A stretch of 64,000 nucleotides of DNA. Source: Gemmatimonadales bacterium. Lineage in GTDB: Bacteria > Gemmatimonadota > Gemmatimonadetes > Gemmatimonadales > GWC2-71-9. The DNA lies in contig DATBKD010000093.1 of the NCBI GenBank assembly GCA_036556025.1, positions 1,828 to 65,827 on the forward strand, read 5' to 3'. The translations under genes and the position numbers were made by a program. Shown here piece by piece: positions 8,569-20,483 of this stretch. The first letter of the stretch is position 1. The number at the start of each line of letters is the position of its first letter. The notes under the pieces were generated by a model. The model had not been told where the DNA came from. It saw only the letters and a program-made list of their open reading frames with translations, and did not search any database.

Positions 8569-9136
8569 GCCGAAGGCAACAACGCCGGCGGCAGCAGGAG
8601 CTGCCGTCGAGGCCAGCTCGCGGCGACCTGATCCTTCCTCTCGAGACGTCATTCGACGGGCCCGGTCGATCAATCGAGCGGCGCTGGAGGCCGTGCACGC
8701 CTTGCTTCAGGCCTCGATCCCATCCCTGGAGTGCCCGGGGGTGCCCGCGTGGCCCGCCAGGCTTGGGGTCGCTCTGGCAGAGGAGTGTCTCTCGCTTGAG
8801 CTGATTTATCGGTGCTTGGATCAACAGGGCGCCGCACTCGAGCACCCGGCGTTCCCCGGGCTCGCCGAGAGCGTCCAGGCCCTCGAGCGCACCGTGCTCA
8901 CCCTTCGGGAGGTCGGGCGAAAGAAGCTGATGTTGGCGAGTTTGGCCGTATCGGCAGCCGGCGGGTCGGAAATTTCACTTGGCGCCGAGGAAGACCTGAG
9001 GCCCCTGAGGGCGCTGAGCGACGCCGTTCGACGGGAGGCCCTTGGGTTGGCCCGAAAGCTGGGGCAGCAGCAAGACCTGTTGGATCGGGCTATCGAGACT
9101 CGCGCGGCATTAGTGCAGCAAGTGTTCCTGGGGTGA
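8561..9136 (+). CDS. Hypothetical Ala/Leu-rich helical protein translationally coupled to fliA
   Basis: ATG 8561 overlaps the fliA stop by 8 nt (ATGACTGA). I recognise no motif. The 3' end overlaps the convergent kinase gene by 27 nt. Confidence 0.5.
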   Translation: MTEPKATTPAAAGAAVEASSRRPDPSSRDVIRRARSINRAALEAVHALLQASIPSLECPGVPAWPARLGVALAEECLSLELIYRCLDQQGAALEHPAFPGLAESVQALERTVLTLREVGRKKLMLASLAVSAAGGSEISLGAEEDLRPLRALSDAVRREALGLARKLGQQQDLLDRAIETRAALVQQVFLG

Positions 9137-9841
9137 TCCCGAACGCCAGATCGGCATCCGCAGCACGAAGCGAGCGCCCCGCGGCTCAGCTTCCTCGCAG
9201 CTTATCTCGCCCCCAACCCGGGAGACCAGCGCGCGCGCGACGTAGAGTCCCAAGCCTCTTCGACTGGGCTTAGTCGTTGTGAAGGGCTGGAACAGACGTT
9301 CTCGAATCGGTGCCGCAACGCCCGGCCCGTTGTCCTCCAGCCGCAGTACGACGGTGCCTCGGGCGAGCTCGCCCCGAAAGCAGATGTGGCCATCGTCGCC
9401 GTCGTCGGCCTCGGCCGCGTTCAGGACCAGGTTGATCAGCGCGTGCTCGAGGTCTTCAGGAATGGCGCTCACCGGAGGAAGCGCCGCGTCGAGCGCAGCG
9501 GTGATATCGGTCCGGAATTGTGAGCGCCTGGTGGCAAACAACTCGTTGACCAGCCTGAGGGTCGCGCCGAGGTCTACGGGCTGGGCCGTGCGACGATCCT
9601 TGGCCCTGAGGAGAACCCGGTCGAGTAAGCGCAGGTCACTGCTCAGATGGGTGCATGCCTCTCGCACGGCATCATGCCAGTCCGAGGCCTGATCGGGCCC
9701 GCTCAGGAGCTGAGGCAGTAGTGTCAGCACCTGAGTCGGCGTGCGTACGTCGTGGAGCAGCCAGCCAAGAACGGTCTCGAGGGTGTCCGCCCGGTTGGCA
9801 GCGATCAGAAGCTCAGCCTCGGACGTGGCCGGCGTTGTCAT
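9110..9841 (-). CDS. Soluble (sensor-less) histidine kinase
   Basis: 243 aa with H-box LLHDVRTP. HATPase_c motifs are NLVLNAAEA (N box), EDNGPGV (G1) and GLGLYVA (G2). No TM or sensor domain is visible. Confidence 0.8.
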   Translation of the reverse strand: MTTPATSEAELLIAANRADTLETVLGWLLHDVRTPTQVLTLLPQLLSGPDQASDWHDAVREACTHLSSDLRLLDRVLLRAKDRRTAQPVDLGATLRLVNELFATRRSQFRTDITAALDAALPPVSAIPEDLEHALINLVLNAAEADDGDDGHICFRGELARGTVVLRLEDNGPGVAAPIRERLFQPFTTTKPSRRGLGLYVARALVSRVGGEISCEEAEPRGARFVLRMPIWRSGSPQEHLLH

Positions 9842-9917
9842 TAGGTCGGCAGCAGTCGCAACGGATAGGGATGCCGAGCAACCTAAGCTCGGCGCTGGCA
9901 GAATGGGAGACGAAAGG

Positions 9918-9954
9918 CCCGAGGCCTTCGTCGAGCTTCGACGAAGGCCTCGGG
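9918..9954 (-). terminator. Strong hairpin downstream of csbD (probable terminator)
   Basis: 17-bp perfect arms CCCGAGGCCTTCGTCGA / TCGACGAAGGCCTCGGG. On the minus strand it is followed by CCTTTCGTCTCC. Confidence 0.6.
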
Positions 9955-9965
9955 TAAACGGCTGG

Positions 9966-10193
9966 TTAGGACTCGTCTTCTTCCTCTACCGGCTCGTTCC
10001 GATCGGGTTCCTTGGCCTCTCCAACCTTCTTCTGCACCTTGCCCTTGATCTCCTGCACCTTCCCCTTCACCTGCTCGCTCATATCTCCTGTCACGGCACC
10101 GGCCGCATTCCGAAGCCGGCCGCCGACCTGGTTGCCGACACCTTTCACCTGATCCTTGGTGGCTTCCTTGGCTCGCTCTTTCTGGTCACCCAT
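9966..10193 (-). CDS. CsbD-family stress protein
   Basis: Start trimmed to ATG 10193. MGDQKERAKEATKDQVKGVGNQVGGRLRNAAGAVTGD is the CsbD repeat pattern. A strong hairpin follows the stop. Confidence 0.8.
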   Translation of the reverse strand: MGDQKERAKEATKDQVKGVGNQVGGRLRNAAGAVTGDMSEQVKGKVQEIKGKVQKKVGEAKEPDRNEPVEEEDES

Positions 10194-10424
10194 GTGATCT
10201 CTCCGGCAAAAGTGAAACAGAGTCGTGTCAACTTCGAGCGATGGGCCGCCGGCCACCGTGACGGTGCTCACGAAGGAGGTGCGGCTTCCGGCCCAGTCCT
10301 CTGAGGGAGTGGCTCACCTCGCTCTGCCGGGACGTATCCTATTTTGTTATTTGGAATTACGAGCTTCCGAGGATTCCGAGGTAGGATCGGCCGCGGGGAA
10401 GGCATACACGACCGGAGGGAACGA

Positions 10425-10625
10425 ATGGGTGAATCTCAACCATCGCTTGAGTCAGTGCATCGGATTCGGCATCACCTTGCTCACGCGCTCATCGGCCTGG
10501 TATCACAGGAAACCGAGGCCCGGGGGGCGATGGGCAACCGTCGATTTGATGAGTTGAACGGATGCCTGCGGCTTTCGAGGGACGCTCTCGACGACTGGCT
10601 CAACCGTAGACCTCATAACCAATGA
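10425..10625 (+). CDS. Small hypothetical protein (66 aa)
   Basis: ATG 10425 with a GGAGGG RBS 5 nt upstream. It is followed 8 nt after the stop by a canonical intrinsic terminator, which argues that the ORF is expressed. No recognisable family. Confidence 0.45.
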   Translation: MGESQPSLESVHRIRHHLAHALIGLVSQETEARGAMGNRRFDELNGCLRLSRDALDDWLNRRPHNQ

Positions 10626-10632
10626 ACCAGTG

Positions 10633-10661
10633 AACGCCGCCCGCGGGCGGCGTTGTTTTTT
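10633..10661 (+). terminator. Intrinsic terminator
   Basis: AACGCCGCCC-GC-GGGCGGCGTT hairpin followed by GTTTTTT, 8 nt after the stop of 10425..10625. It abuts the stop of the convergent ABC ATPase gene. Confidence 0.8.
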
Positions 10662-11686
10662 CACGCGCTGGCCAGCGTCTCGGGGGCGGGAGTGCTCTCC
10701 GCGTAATGGCAGGCCGCCGTGGTTGCCTCCACCGGACGAAGCACCGGGCGTTCCGTACGACAGCGGTCGTTCCGCATGGGGTGGAAGCAGCGAGTGTGGA
10801 AGGGGCAGCCGGCCGGAGGATGCGACGGGCTCGGGAGATCCCCGCTCAGCACGATGCGAGATCGCTGCCGGCTGGGATCGGGCTCGGGGACGGCGGAGAG
10901 GAGCGCGACCGTATAAGGATGACGGGGCCTGGCGAGCAGGGCTTCGGTTGCACCCTCCTCCACAATGCGGCCCAGGTACATCACCGCCACCCGATGCGCG
11001 ATCTGCCGGACGACGGCCAGGTCGTGCGCGATGAACAGATAGGAAAGACCTCGCTCGCGCTGGAGATCGGCGAGCAGGTTGAGCACCTGGGCCTGGACCG
11101 ACACGTCGAGGGCGGATACCGGCTCATCGCACACGATGAACGAGGGCTCCACCGCCAGCGCCCGGGCGATCCCGATCCGCTGCCGCTGGCCTCCGGAGAA
11201 CTCATGGGGATACCGCCGGGCATAGCCGGGGTCGAGACCCACTTCCTCCAACAGGGAGGCAACCCGGCTGCGCACCTCGGCGCCGCGCGCGAGCTTGTGG
11301 ATCTCGATCCCTTCTGCCACCGCCGACCCGATGGACATGCGCGGGTTGAGCGAGCTGTAGGGATCCTGAAAGACGATCTGCATTCGCCGGCGAAGTTTTC
11401 GGAGGGCAAGGCGATCGAGAGAGAAGACATCAATGCCCTCGAAGGTTGCGCTGCCGCTGGTCGGCTCCTGGAGCCGGAGAATCGTCCGTCCGACCGAGGA
11501 CTTGCCGCATCCTGATTCGCCCACCAGCGCGAGCGTCTCACTGCGGCGCACGTCGAAGGACACCCCTTCCACCGCCCGCACCGGTGGCGCGGAGGCGCTG
11601 AAGAGGCCCGCGGCATGGTAGTGCTTGACGAGATCGCGCACCTCCAGCATCCGATTCGGGGGAGCACTCGCACCGGAGCCGCTCAT
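10661..11686 (-). CDS. Peptide (Opp/Dpp-type) ABC transporter ATP-binding protein, F-type
   Basis: Walker [10 protein letters not shown], signature FSGGQRQR, Walker [12 protein letters not shown] and a C-terminal oligopeptide-type extension. ATG 11686 overlaps the upstream stop (ATGA). Confidence 0.85.
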   Translation of the reverse strand: MSGSGASAPPNRMLEVRDLVKHYHAAGLFSASAPPVRAVEGVSFDVRRSETLALVGESGCGKSSVGRTILRLQEPTSGSATFEGIDVFSLDRLALRKLRRRMQIVFQDPYSSLNPRMSIGSAVAEGIEIHKLARGAEVRSRVASLLEEVGLDPGYARRYPHEFSGGQRQRIGIARALAVEPSFIVCDEPVSALDVSVQAQVLNLLADLQRERGLSYLFIAHDLAVVRQIAHRVAVMYLGRIVEEGATEALLARPRHPYTVALLSAVPEPDPSRQRSRIVLSGDLPSPSHPPAGCPFHTRCFHPMRNDRCRTERPVLRPVEATTAACHYAESTPAPETLASA

Positions 11687-12660
11687 CCGGGCGCATCCTC
11701 CGCCAGCCAGCAGCGCATGCGATGATCCGCCCCGACCGGCAGCAGGGGCGGCGGGAGCTCGCTCTTCTCGAAGGCCTTGGGGCAGCGCGGGCGGAATCGA
11801 CATCCCTCGGGCCATGCCGTCGGTGGCGGCACGCTGCCTCCTATCGGTATGAGGCGGCTGACCGGGCCACTGATTCGCGGTACCGACGCGAACAGCCCCT
11901 GCGTATAGGGATGAGAAGGCCTGGCAAAGAGCTGTGCGGTCGGCGCCTCCTCCACGATCTGGCCGGCGTACATCACGGCTACCCGATCGGCTCGGCCTGC
12001 GACGATGCCGAGATCATGGGTGATCAGCAGGACGGCCATGCCACGGGTAGCTCGAAGGTGATCCAGCACCTCGAGAATCTGGGCCTGGACCGTGACATCC
12101 AGAGCCGTGGTGGGTTCGTCGGCCACCAGGATCTCAGGTTCAGCACTCAGCGCGATGGCGATCATGACCCGCTGACGCATCCCCCCGCTCAGCTGATGCG
12201 GGTAGGTCTTGAGCCGGCTGCCCGGATCTGGCATGCCCACCTCTTGGAGCAGCCGCAAGGCCCGCTCGCGGGCCTCCGAGCGGGAGACGTCGAAGTGAGC
12301 CCGGACTCCCTCGGAGATCTGATCGCCCACCGTGAACACGGGATTGAGACTGGTCATCGGATCCTGGAAGATCATTCCGATGCGGCGGCCCCGGATATGA
12401 CGGAGGGCTTCTCCTTCCAGGGAGAGCACGTCGGTATCCTGCAGGCGAATGCTGCTCCCCGCCTCGATGCGGCCTGGGGCCGGCACCAGCCGCAGCAGAG
12501 CGAGGCTGGTCAGACTTTTCCCGCAGCCTGACTCCCCGACGAGAGCCAGGGTTCGGCCCCGCTCGAGCGTGAAGCTCACTCCGTCAACCGGGTAAAATCG
12601 GTGGCGCTCCTGATCGGGAAACGAGATCCGGAGATTCTCGACTTCGAGGACTGCGCTCAT
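11683..12660 (-). CDS. Peptide (Opp/Dpp-type) ABC transporter ATP-binding protein, D-type
   Basis: [32 protein letters not shown] 12660 overlaps the permease stop (ATGA). The track ORF start GTG 12669 is an alternative. Confidence 0.85.
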   Translation of the reverse strand: MSAVLEVENLRISFPDQERHRFYPVDGVSFTLERGRTLALVGESGCGKSLTSLALLRLVPAPGRIEAGSSIRLQDTDVLSLEGEALRHIRGRRIGMIFQDPMTSLNPVFTVGDQISEGVRAHFDVSRSEARERALRLLQEVGMPDPGSRLKTYPHQLSGGMRQRVMIAIALSAEPEILVADEPTTALDVTVQAQILEVLDHLRATRGMAVLLITHDLGIVAGRADRVAVMYAGQIVEEAPTAQLFARPSHPYTQGLFASVPRISGPVSRLIPIGGSVPPPTAWPEGCRFRPRCPKAFEKSELPPPLLPVGADHRMRCWLAEDAPG

Positions 12661-13499
12661 GCGCGCCACATGTCGATGGAATCGCGAAGGGCGTCGCCCA
12701 ACAGATCCGCGGAGAGGACGGTGATCACGATAGCGAGGCCAGGGAAGACGCCGACCCAGGGCGCAGTCACCAGCACCTCTTTAGCCTCCAGAATCATTCC
12801 CCCCCACGACGGCGTTGGTGGATGAATGCCGAGACCGAGGAAGGAAAGCCCGGCCTCGAGCAGGATGACCTCGCCGACCCCGAGTGTGGCTGCGACGAGC
12901 AGCAGGCCCAGCGTGTTCGGCAACAGGTGACGAAAAATAATCCGCCGCCGGGGTGCCCCGAGCGCCTCGGCGGCGCGAATGTAAGACTCCTCCCGCAGCC
13001 GAAGGACCTCGCCGCGGACCAGTCGGCTCGTGGCAAACCATCCGGTGGTGCCGATGAGCACGATGAGAACGCCGATCGGCACCCTTTCCCATGCAGCCAG
13101 CACAAGCAGGAGCAGAAAGAGTCGGGGTACCGCCAACGCTCCGTCCACCAGCCTCATCAGCACGATGTCGGTCGTCCCGCCCCAGTATCCCGCGATCAAC
13201 CCGATCGCGGCGCCCAGGGTGATGGACAACGCCATCGCGAGAACTGATACGGCCAGCGACACTCGAGCCCCGGACACTACCCTTGCAAACACGTCCCGAC
13301 TCAGTTGATCGGTGCCAAAGGGATGGCCCAGGCCGGGTGGCAAGTTGACCCCATGCAACAGATCGGGTTGTGCGACCGGATCGGGGAGCAGGGGAGGACC
13401 CAGGAGCGCTGCCAGCGCCACGCCGGCCAACACCAGCGCGCCGGCCCGCCCCCGAGGATTCTGCCAGGCCCGGCGCAGCGTGTCGACAACCGCTGTCAC
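12657..13499 (-). CDS. Peptide ABC transporter permease (OppC/DppC-type)
   Basis: GTG 13499 overlaps the stop of the upstream permease (GTGA). The 280-aa product has the N-terminal OppC-type segment and an EAA-like loop (YIRAAEALGAPRRRIIFRHLLPN). The longer track ORF (to 14123) is a shadow of the neighbouring gene. Confidence 0.85.
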   Translation of the reverse strand: MTAVVDTLRRAWQNPRGRAGALVLAGVALAALLGPPLLPDPVAQPDLLHGVNLPPGLGHPFGTDQLSRDVFARVVSGARVSLAVSVLAMALSITLGAAIGLIAGYWGGTTDIVLMRLVDGALAVPRLFLLLLVLAAWERVPIGVLIVLIGTTGWFATSRLVRGEVLRLREESYIRAAEALGAPRRRIIFRHLLPNTLGLLLVAATLGVGEVILLEAGLSFLGLGIHPPTPSWGGMILEAKEVLVTAPWVGVFPGLAIVITVLSADLLGDALRDSIDMWRA

Positions 13500-14467
13500 G
13501 ACAACCGTACTCTGGGGTCGAGGAAGCCGTAGGCCAGATCGGTGAGCAAGCTGCCCAGGACCACCAGACTGGAGGCTAACAGGGACGCGCCCATCAGGAG
13601 TGGATAGTCCCGGTTGCCCACTGCAGCGGCCGCGAGGGAGCCGAGGCCTGGCCAGGCGAAGACCGACTCGACGAATACCGAGCCGGCCACGAGAACGGGA
13701 AGCCACAACCCAAACAGAGTGATCACCGGGAACACCGCGTTGCGCCAGGCATGCCTCCAGATCACTCGGCTGTCGGAGAGTCCCTTTGCCCGCGCCGTCA
13801 CTATATAAGGAAGGCGCAGAGCATCGAGCATTGCCCCCCGTTGATAGCGCATGGTTGCCGCGATACTCACCAGAGACAGCGTCAATGCGGGCAAGATCAG
13901 GTGCCGCACTACGTCCATCCCATTGGCCAGGAAGCCGGAGCCCGGGTCCAGCAGCGGGCTGTGCATTCCCGCCGGCGGGAGCAGCCGCCAATGCACACCC
14001 ACCAGCCAGGCCAGCACCAGACCAAGCCAAAACGAGGGGGTGGCGAAGCCGATCAGCGATACCACCGTGAGCCATCGATCCGCCGCGCTGCCTCGTCGAA
14101 GCGCTTGCCGGCTCCCGAGCCACAGGCCAACCGAGAAGTTGACCAGCAGCACCGTTCCTCCCAGCAGCAGGCTGGCAGGCAGACGCTCGGCCAGGAGCTG
14201 GGTGACGGGACGGCCGTACTCGATCGAGGCGCCGAGATCTCCTCGCAGCAGTCCCTGCAGAAAGGCGCCCAACTGCTGCAGCAGCGGCTGATCCAAACCG
14301 TAGCGGGCGCGGAGTACGGCGATTTCCGCGGGAGACAAGGCGCGGTCGCCGCTCAGGCGGGTGAGGGGATCTCCCGGAGCCGCGCGCATGAGAACGAACA
14401 TCAACAGGACGGCGACAGCGAGTGTGATAACGGCCTGGCCGGTTCGCCGAATCAGCCAGCGGCGCAC
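13496..14467 (-). CDS. Peptide ABC transporter permease (OppB/DppB-type)
   Basis: 323 aa. MRRWLIRRTGQAVITLAVAVLLMFVLMRAAPGDP is the typical OppB N-terminus. The EAA loop is YIVTARAKGLSDSRVIWRHAWRNA. Confidence 0.9.
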   Translation of the reverse strand: MRRWLIRRTGQAVITLAVAVLLMFVLMRAAPGDPLTRLSGDRALSPAEIAVLRARYGLDQPLLQQLGAFLQGLLRGDLGASIEYGRPVTQLLAERLPASLLLGGTVLLVNFSVGLWLGSRQALRRGSAADRWLTVVSLIGFATPSFWLGLVLAWLVGVHWRLLPPAGMHSPLLDPGSGFLANGMDVVRHLILPALTLSLVSIAATMRYQRGAMLDALRLPYIVTARAKGLSDSRVIWRHAWRNAVFPVITLFGLWLPVLVAGSVFVESVFAWPGLGSLAAAAVGNRDYPLLMGASLLASSLVVLGSLLTDLAYGFLDPRVRLS

Positions 14468-14468
14468 C

Positions 14469-16145
14469 TCAGTAGCCTGTCTCGCGCGAACCCGTCGGGA
14501 TAGCTACCGACCAGCGCCAGAGGTCCAGCCAGGACGATTCCGGTCGAATGACGACGTCGCGGAACCGACGATTGACGGCGTAGACATACGTCGGAGCGTA
14601 CAGAAAGACTGCGGGGGCATCGTCCTCGATCCGGCGGAGCACCGCATGCCACGCCTCCCGCGGGTCCGCCCGGTCGAGGATCGCGCGGTTGATCAGCGAA
14701 TCCACCATCGGATCGCAGTAGTGAGCCACGTTGCTGCCACCGGCGCAGGACCAGCTCTGAGTGAGGCCAGAAGGCGACGGGTCGAGGCTCGCGGCGGAGA
14801 AGTCGACGTCGAAGTTTCCTGTCTTCCGCCGTTCGACCCACACCGGCGCCTCGAGCTCCTGCAGCTCGAGGCGGACCCCGACGGAGCGGAGCTGCTCCTG
14901 GATCAGCAGGCTCATCTGCCGTCGAATCGCGCTGGTATTGGGAAAGTTGAGCCTCAGGCTGAGGGGCTGACCTGCCCGGTCAAGTACGCCGTCACCGTCG
15001 TGATCGCTCCAGCCGTGCGCCGCAAGCAGGTGCCGCGCCTGCGTCTGGTTCTGGGTCAACGGCGGTGGCGCCCCGTGTCGAATCCAGAGCAGCGGTGAGG
15101 TTGGGCCAAAGGGGACCTCGGCATAGTTCCCGAGGACAACGCGAATCAACAGTCCACGATCCAGCGCAAGGGTGATCGCCCGCCGGAGATCACGGTCGGC
15201 GAGCAGAGGATGCGGCCGGTTGCTGTCGCCCGGCAGACGCTGGTTGAACAGGAGATAGCCGAGCGCCGGCGATGGCACCGGCACCAGGCGCAACTCCGGA
15301 CGAGCGGCGATCCGCTGAATATTGGAGAGCGGAGGCGGGACATTGTCCATCGCGTCGGCCTCGCCGCCCAAGAGCAGGTTCATCCGTGCCTCGGGATCGC
15401 TCGCGACCCGGACAATCACTCTGTGGATCTTGGGCCGTCCGAGGAAGAACTCGTCGTTCGCCGTGAGCTCGATGAACTGTCCCGGAACGCTCCGAACCCA
15501 GCGATAGGGGCCGTCGCCGATCGGATGGCGCACGAACTCCGAACGGGCAAGCTCCGTGGCCGGCACCGAGGCGAGCAGGTGGGCCGGCAGGATCGCCACG
15601 TGGTAGGTCGCGTCGTAGAATTGCTCCGAGTACGGATGCGAAAAGCGGAAGACGACCTGGCGATCACCTTCCGCGCTGATAGCGACAACGTGACGCAGCA
15701 GATTTGCCGTTCGCGGTGCGATCTGCGCGTCCCGCGCTCGCGCGAAGGTGAAGAGCACGTCTGTGGTCGTCACTGGTGCCCCGTCGTGCCAGCGCGCACG
15801 AGGGTCGAGCTGGAAGACCAGGGTGACTGAGTCCCGTCGAGTCCAGGCGCGCGCGAGCAATGGGACAAATCCCCGGTCCCCTGCCGTGGTCAGGTCCGCT
15901 CCCAGCCCGGCGAGACGCAGGAACAACTGATCGGCGATCTCGAAGTTGGCGACGTTTGCCTGTGCCCCCTCCATCAAGGTGGGTATGGGCATCGGCGCTT
16001 CCTGACCGGTGACTATCACGATGCTGCTCTGTGAGCTCGCCGACTGTGCGGTCGCGGAAGACCGGTGACCGGCCGTGAGCAGCGCCGCGGCCAGACCGGC
16101 GCCGAGCAGAGGCGAAGGGACCGTCCGTGGCGTCCAGTGCGTCAC
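14469..16145 (-). CDS. ABC transporter substrate-binding protein, family 5 (peptide/nickel)
   Basis: Family-5 SBP body. Start proposed at GTG 16145 (GGAG 5 nt upstream), giving signal peptide (M)THWTPRTVPSPLLGAGLAAALLTAG. The Arg-rich 130-codon extension of the track ORF overlaps the upstream gene and looks non-coding. Confidence 0.8.
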   Translation of the reverse strand: MTHWTPRTVPSPLLGAGLAAALLTAGHRSSATAQSASSQSSIVIVTGQEAPMPIPTLMEGAQANVANFEIADQLFLRLAGLGADLTTAGDRGFVPLLARAWTRRDSVTLVFQLDPRARWHDGAPVTTTDVLFTFARARDAQIAPRTANLLRHVVAISAEGDRQVVFRFSHPYSEQFYDATYHVAILPAHLLASVPATELARSEFVRHPIGDGPYRWVRSVPGQFIELTANDEFFLGRPKIHRVIVRVASDPEARMNLLLGGEADAMDNVPPPLSNIQRIAARPELRLVPVPSPALGYLLFNQRLPGDSNRPHPLLADRDLRRAITLALDRGLLIRVVLGNYAEVPFGPTSPLLWIRHGAPPPLTQNQTQARHLLAAHGWSDHDGDGVLDRAGQPLSLRLNFPNTSAIRRQMSLLIQEQLRSVGVRLELQELEAPVWVERRKTGNFDVDFSAASLDPSPSGLTQSWSCAGGSNVAHYCDPMVDSLINRAILDRADPREAWHAVLRRIEDDAPAVFLYAPTYVYAVNRRFRDVVIRPESSWLDLWRWSVAIPTGSRETGY

Positions 16146-16221
16146 ACAGACTCCGGAATGGATTCGGCAGAGATGCACAAAATGTAGTAGGGAAGGGCGG
16201 GGACGTGGAACAGGAGCGGAG

Positions 16222-17076
16222 CTACATCCTCCAGGTCCAGGCATCGGATCGAAACCGAGGCACGTGAGCGGCGGCCAGCTCGAGCACCGAGTCCACCGGC
16301 GGCTCACGGTTCCAGATCCCGCCCCATCGTGCGGCCGCAGCCTGGGCGACCGCCTCGGCGATCTCCTCCGCTTTCGTTTCCGGCGCGATCCAGGCGGTCG
16401 GGATCGGCGCCGGCCGGGTGGCGGCGTCGCGGCTGACCGAATGGACGACTGTTTGCTCATCATGCAGCAGGATGGAACCGTGCTGCAGCAGTGCTTCGCC
16501 CTCCCGAAGCTGCGCACTCCCGACGACCTTCCGTCCGCCAACCAGGATTTCTCCTCCTACCGGCTGGGCAAAGCAAGCCCCCGCATCCAGTCTGGGGGGC
16601 GGGTGCGATGCCGCTATCTCGGCCGGCGCGCCGAGGGCGCGCAAGGCCCGGAGCAGCATGCGATGGATCTCGAGGTAGGCGTGTCGCAGGGCGCCGAGGG
16701 CGCGTGTTGGGGCGGCTATCGAATAAGTGACCTCGGGACCATGCCATACGGCCCGGCCACCCGTGGGTCGCCGAACCACGTCCAGGCCGCGCGCCGCGAT
16801 CTGAATGGGATCGTACCGCCGGATGGCGGGTTCATGCCGGCCGAAGGAGAGACAGTGAGGTTGCCAGCGGTACAGGCGCAACCAGCGCTCACATTGCCGG
16901 CCGGCGCGTTCCAGCAGCGCCTGATCGATGGCCATATTGAGGTAGCCGGGGCGGGCAGTATCGAGCCAGAGATACCAGGACGGGAAAGGCGGGAAGGACG
17001 GTAAGGGCGGTAAGGTAGAGGATGACGGTGCGACCAGTGGGTCATCCTGAGCTTCTGGCTTTGCCAGCCTTACCAT
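16222..17076 (-). CDS. Lipoate-protein ligase / octanoyltransferase family protein (BPL_LplA_LipB domain)
   Basis: NMAIDQALLE, LRLYRWQPHCLSFGRHE and the catalytic-lysine motif GGRKVVGSAQ. It lies directly downstream of gcvH-gcvP (the lipoylated H protein). The Pro-rich N-terminal 35 aa are unusual. Confidence 0.75.
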   Translation of the reverse strand: MVRLAKPEAQDDPLVAPSSSTLPPLPSFPPFPSWYLWLDTARPGYLNMAIDQALLERAGRQCERWLRLYRWQPHCLSFGRHEPAIRRYDPIQIAARGLDVVRRPTGGRAVWHGPEVTYSIAAPTRALGALRHAYLEIHRMLLRALRALGAPAEIAASHPPPRLDAGACFAQPVGGEILVGGRKVVGSAQLREGEALLQHGSILLHDEQTVVHSVSRDAATRPAPIPTAWIAPETKAEEIAEAVAQAAAARWGGIWNREPPVDSVLELAAAHVPRFRSDAWTWRM

Positions 17077-17120
17077 TGCTGAACCTTACCGTCCTTCCCG
17101 CCTGTACCGCCCTTACCGCC
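16988..17120 (-). repeat. Inverted-repeat structure spanning the start of the lipoate-ligase-like gene
   Basis: 19-nt perfect inverted repeat (16988-17006 GGCGGGAAGGACGGTAAGG; 17084-17102 CCTTACCGTCCTTCCCGCC). Extra GGTAAGG/CCTTACC copies are present. An inner 8-bp pair AGGATGAC (17019-17026) / GTCATCCT (17041-17048) is nested inside. Confidence 0.6.
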
Positions 17121-17121
17121 C

Positions 17122-20025
<2,904 letters not shown>

Positions 20026-20038
20026 TGGGACGAGCGGA

Positions 20039-20428
20039 TCATTCTCCGATGTGCGAGCGGTAGGCCGTGGGCGAAAGCAGCCCCTCGAGCTCCGCGGGAT
20101 TGGACAGCTTGAGCTTGACCATCCAGCCATCGCCATAGGGGTCTCGGTTGACGACAGCGGGATCTCCGTCGAGCGCACCGTTCACTTCGGTGACCTCTCC
20201 GGCGACCGGACTGTACAGGTCGGAGACCGCCTTGACCGCTTCGATGGTGCCGAACGATTGATGGGAGGCGAGCTTGTCGCCCGGCTTGGGAAGGTTGACG
20301 AACACCACATCGCCCAACTCTCCCTGGGCGTAGTCGGTGATCCCGATGCGCACGACCCCGGCTTGGCCGGTGCGCGCGACATACTCGTGCTCGGCAGTGT
20401 AGACCAGGTCGTCCGGCACCTTGGACAC
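20039..20428 (-). CDS. gcvH: Glycine cleavage system H protein
   Basis: 129 aa. Lipoyl-lysine motif [14 protein letters not shown] and YTAEHEYV at the N-terminus. Confidence 0.95.
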   Translation of the reverse strand: MSKVPDDLVYTAEHEYVARTGQAGVVRIGITDYAQGELGDVVFVNLPKPGDKLASHQSFGTIEAVKAVSDLYSPVAGEVTEVNGALDGDPAVVNRDPYGDGWMVKLKLSNPAELEGLLSPTAYRSHIGE

Positions 20429-20483
20429 GCGCTACTCTCCCTCTCGGTGGCGGGTGGGAGGATAGGCGGGGGGGAGAGCGAGG

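Noticed and set aside
16146-16541. Arg/Ser/Pro-rich 130-codon N-terminal extension of the substrate-binding-protein ORF
   Set aside because: It overlaps the upstream lipoate-ligase-like gene by more than 300 nt and contains no signal peptide. GTG 16145 with a GGAG RBS gives a normal signal sequence.
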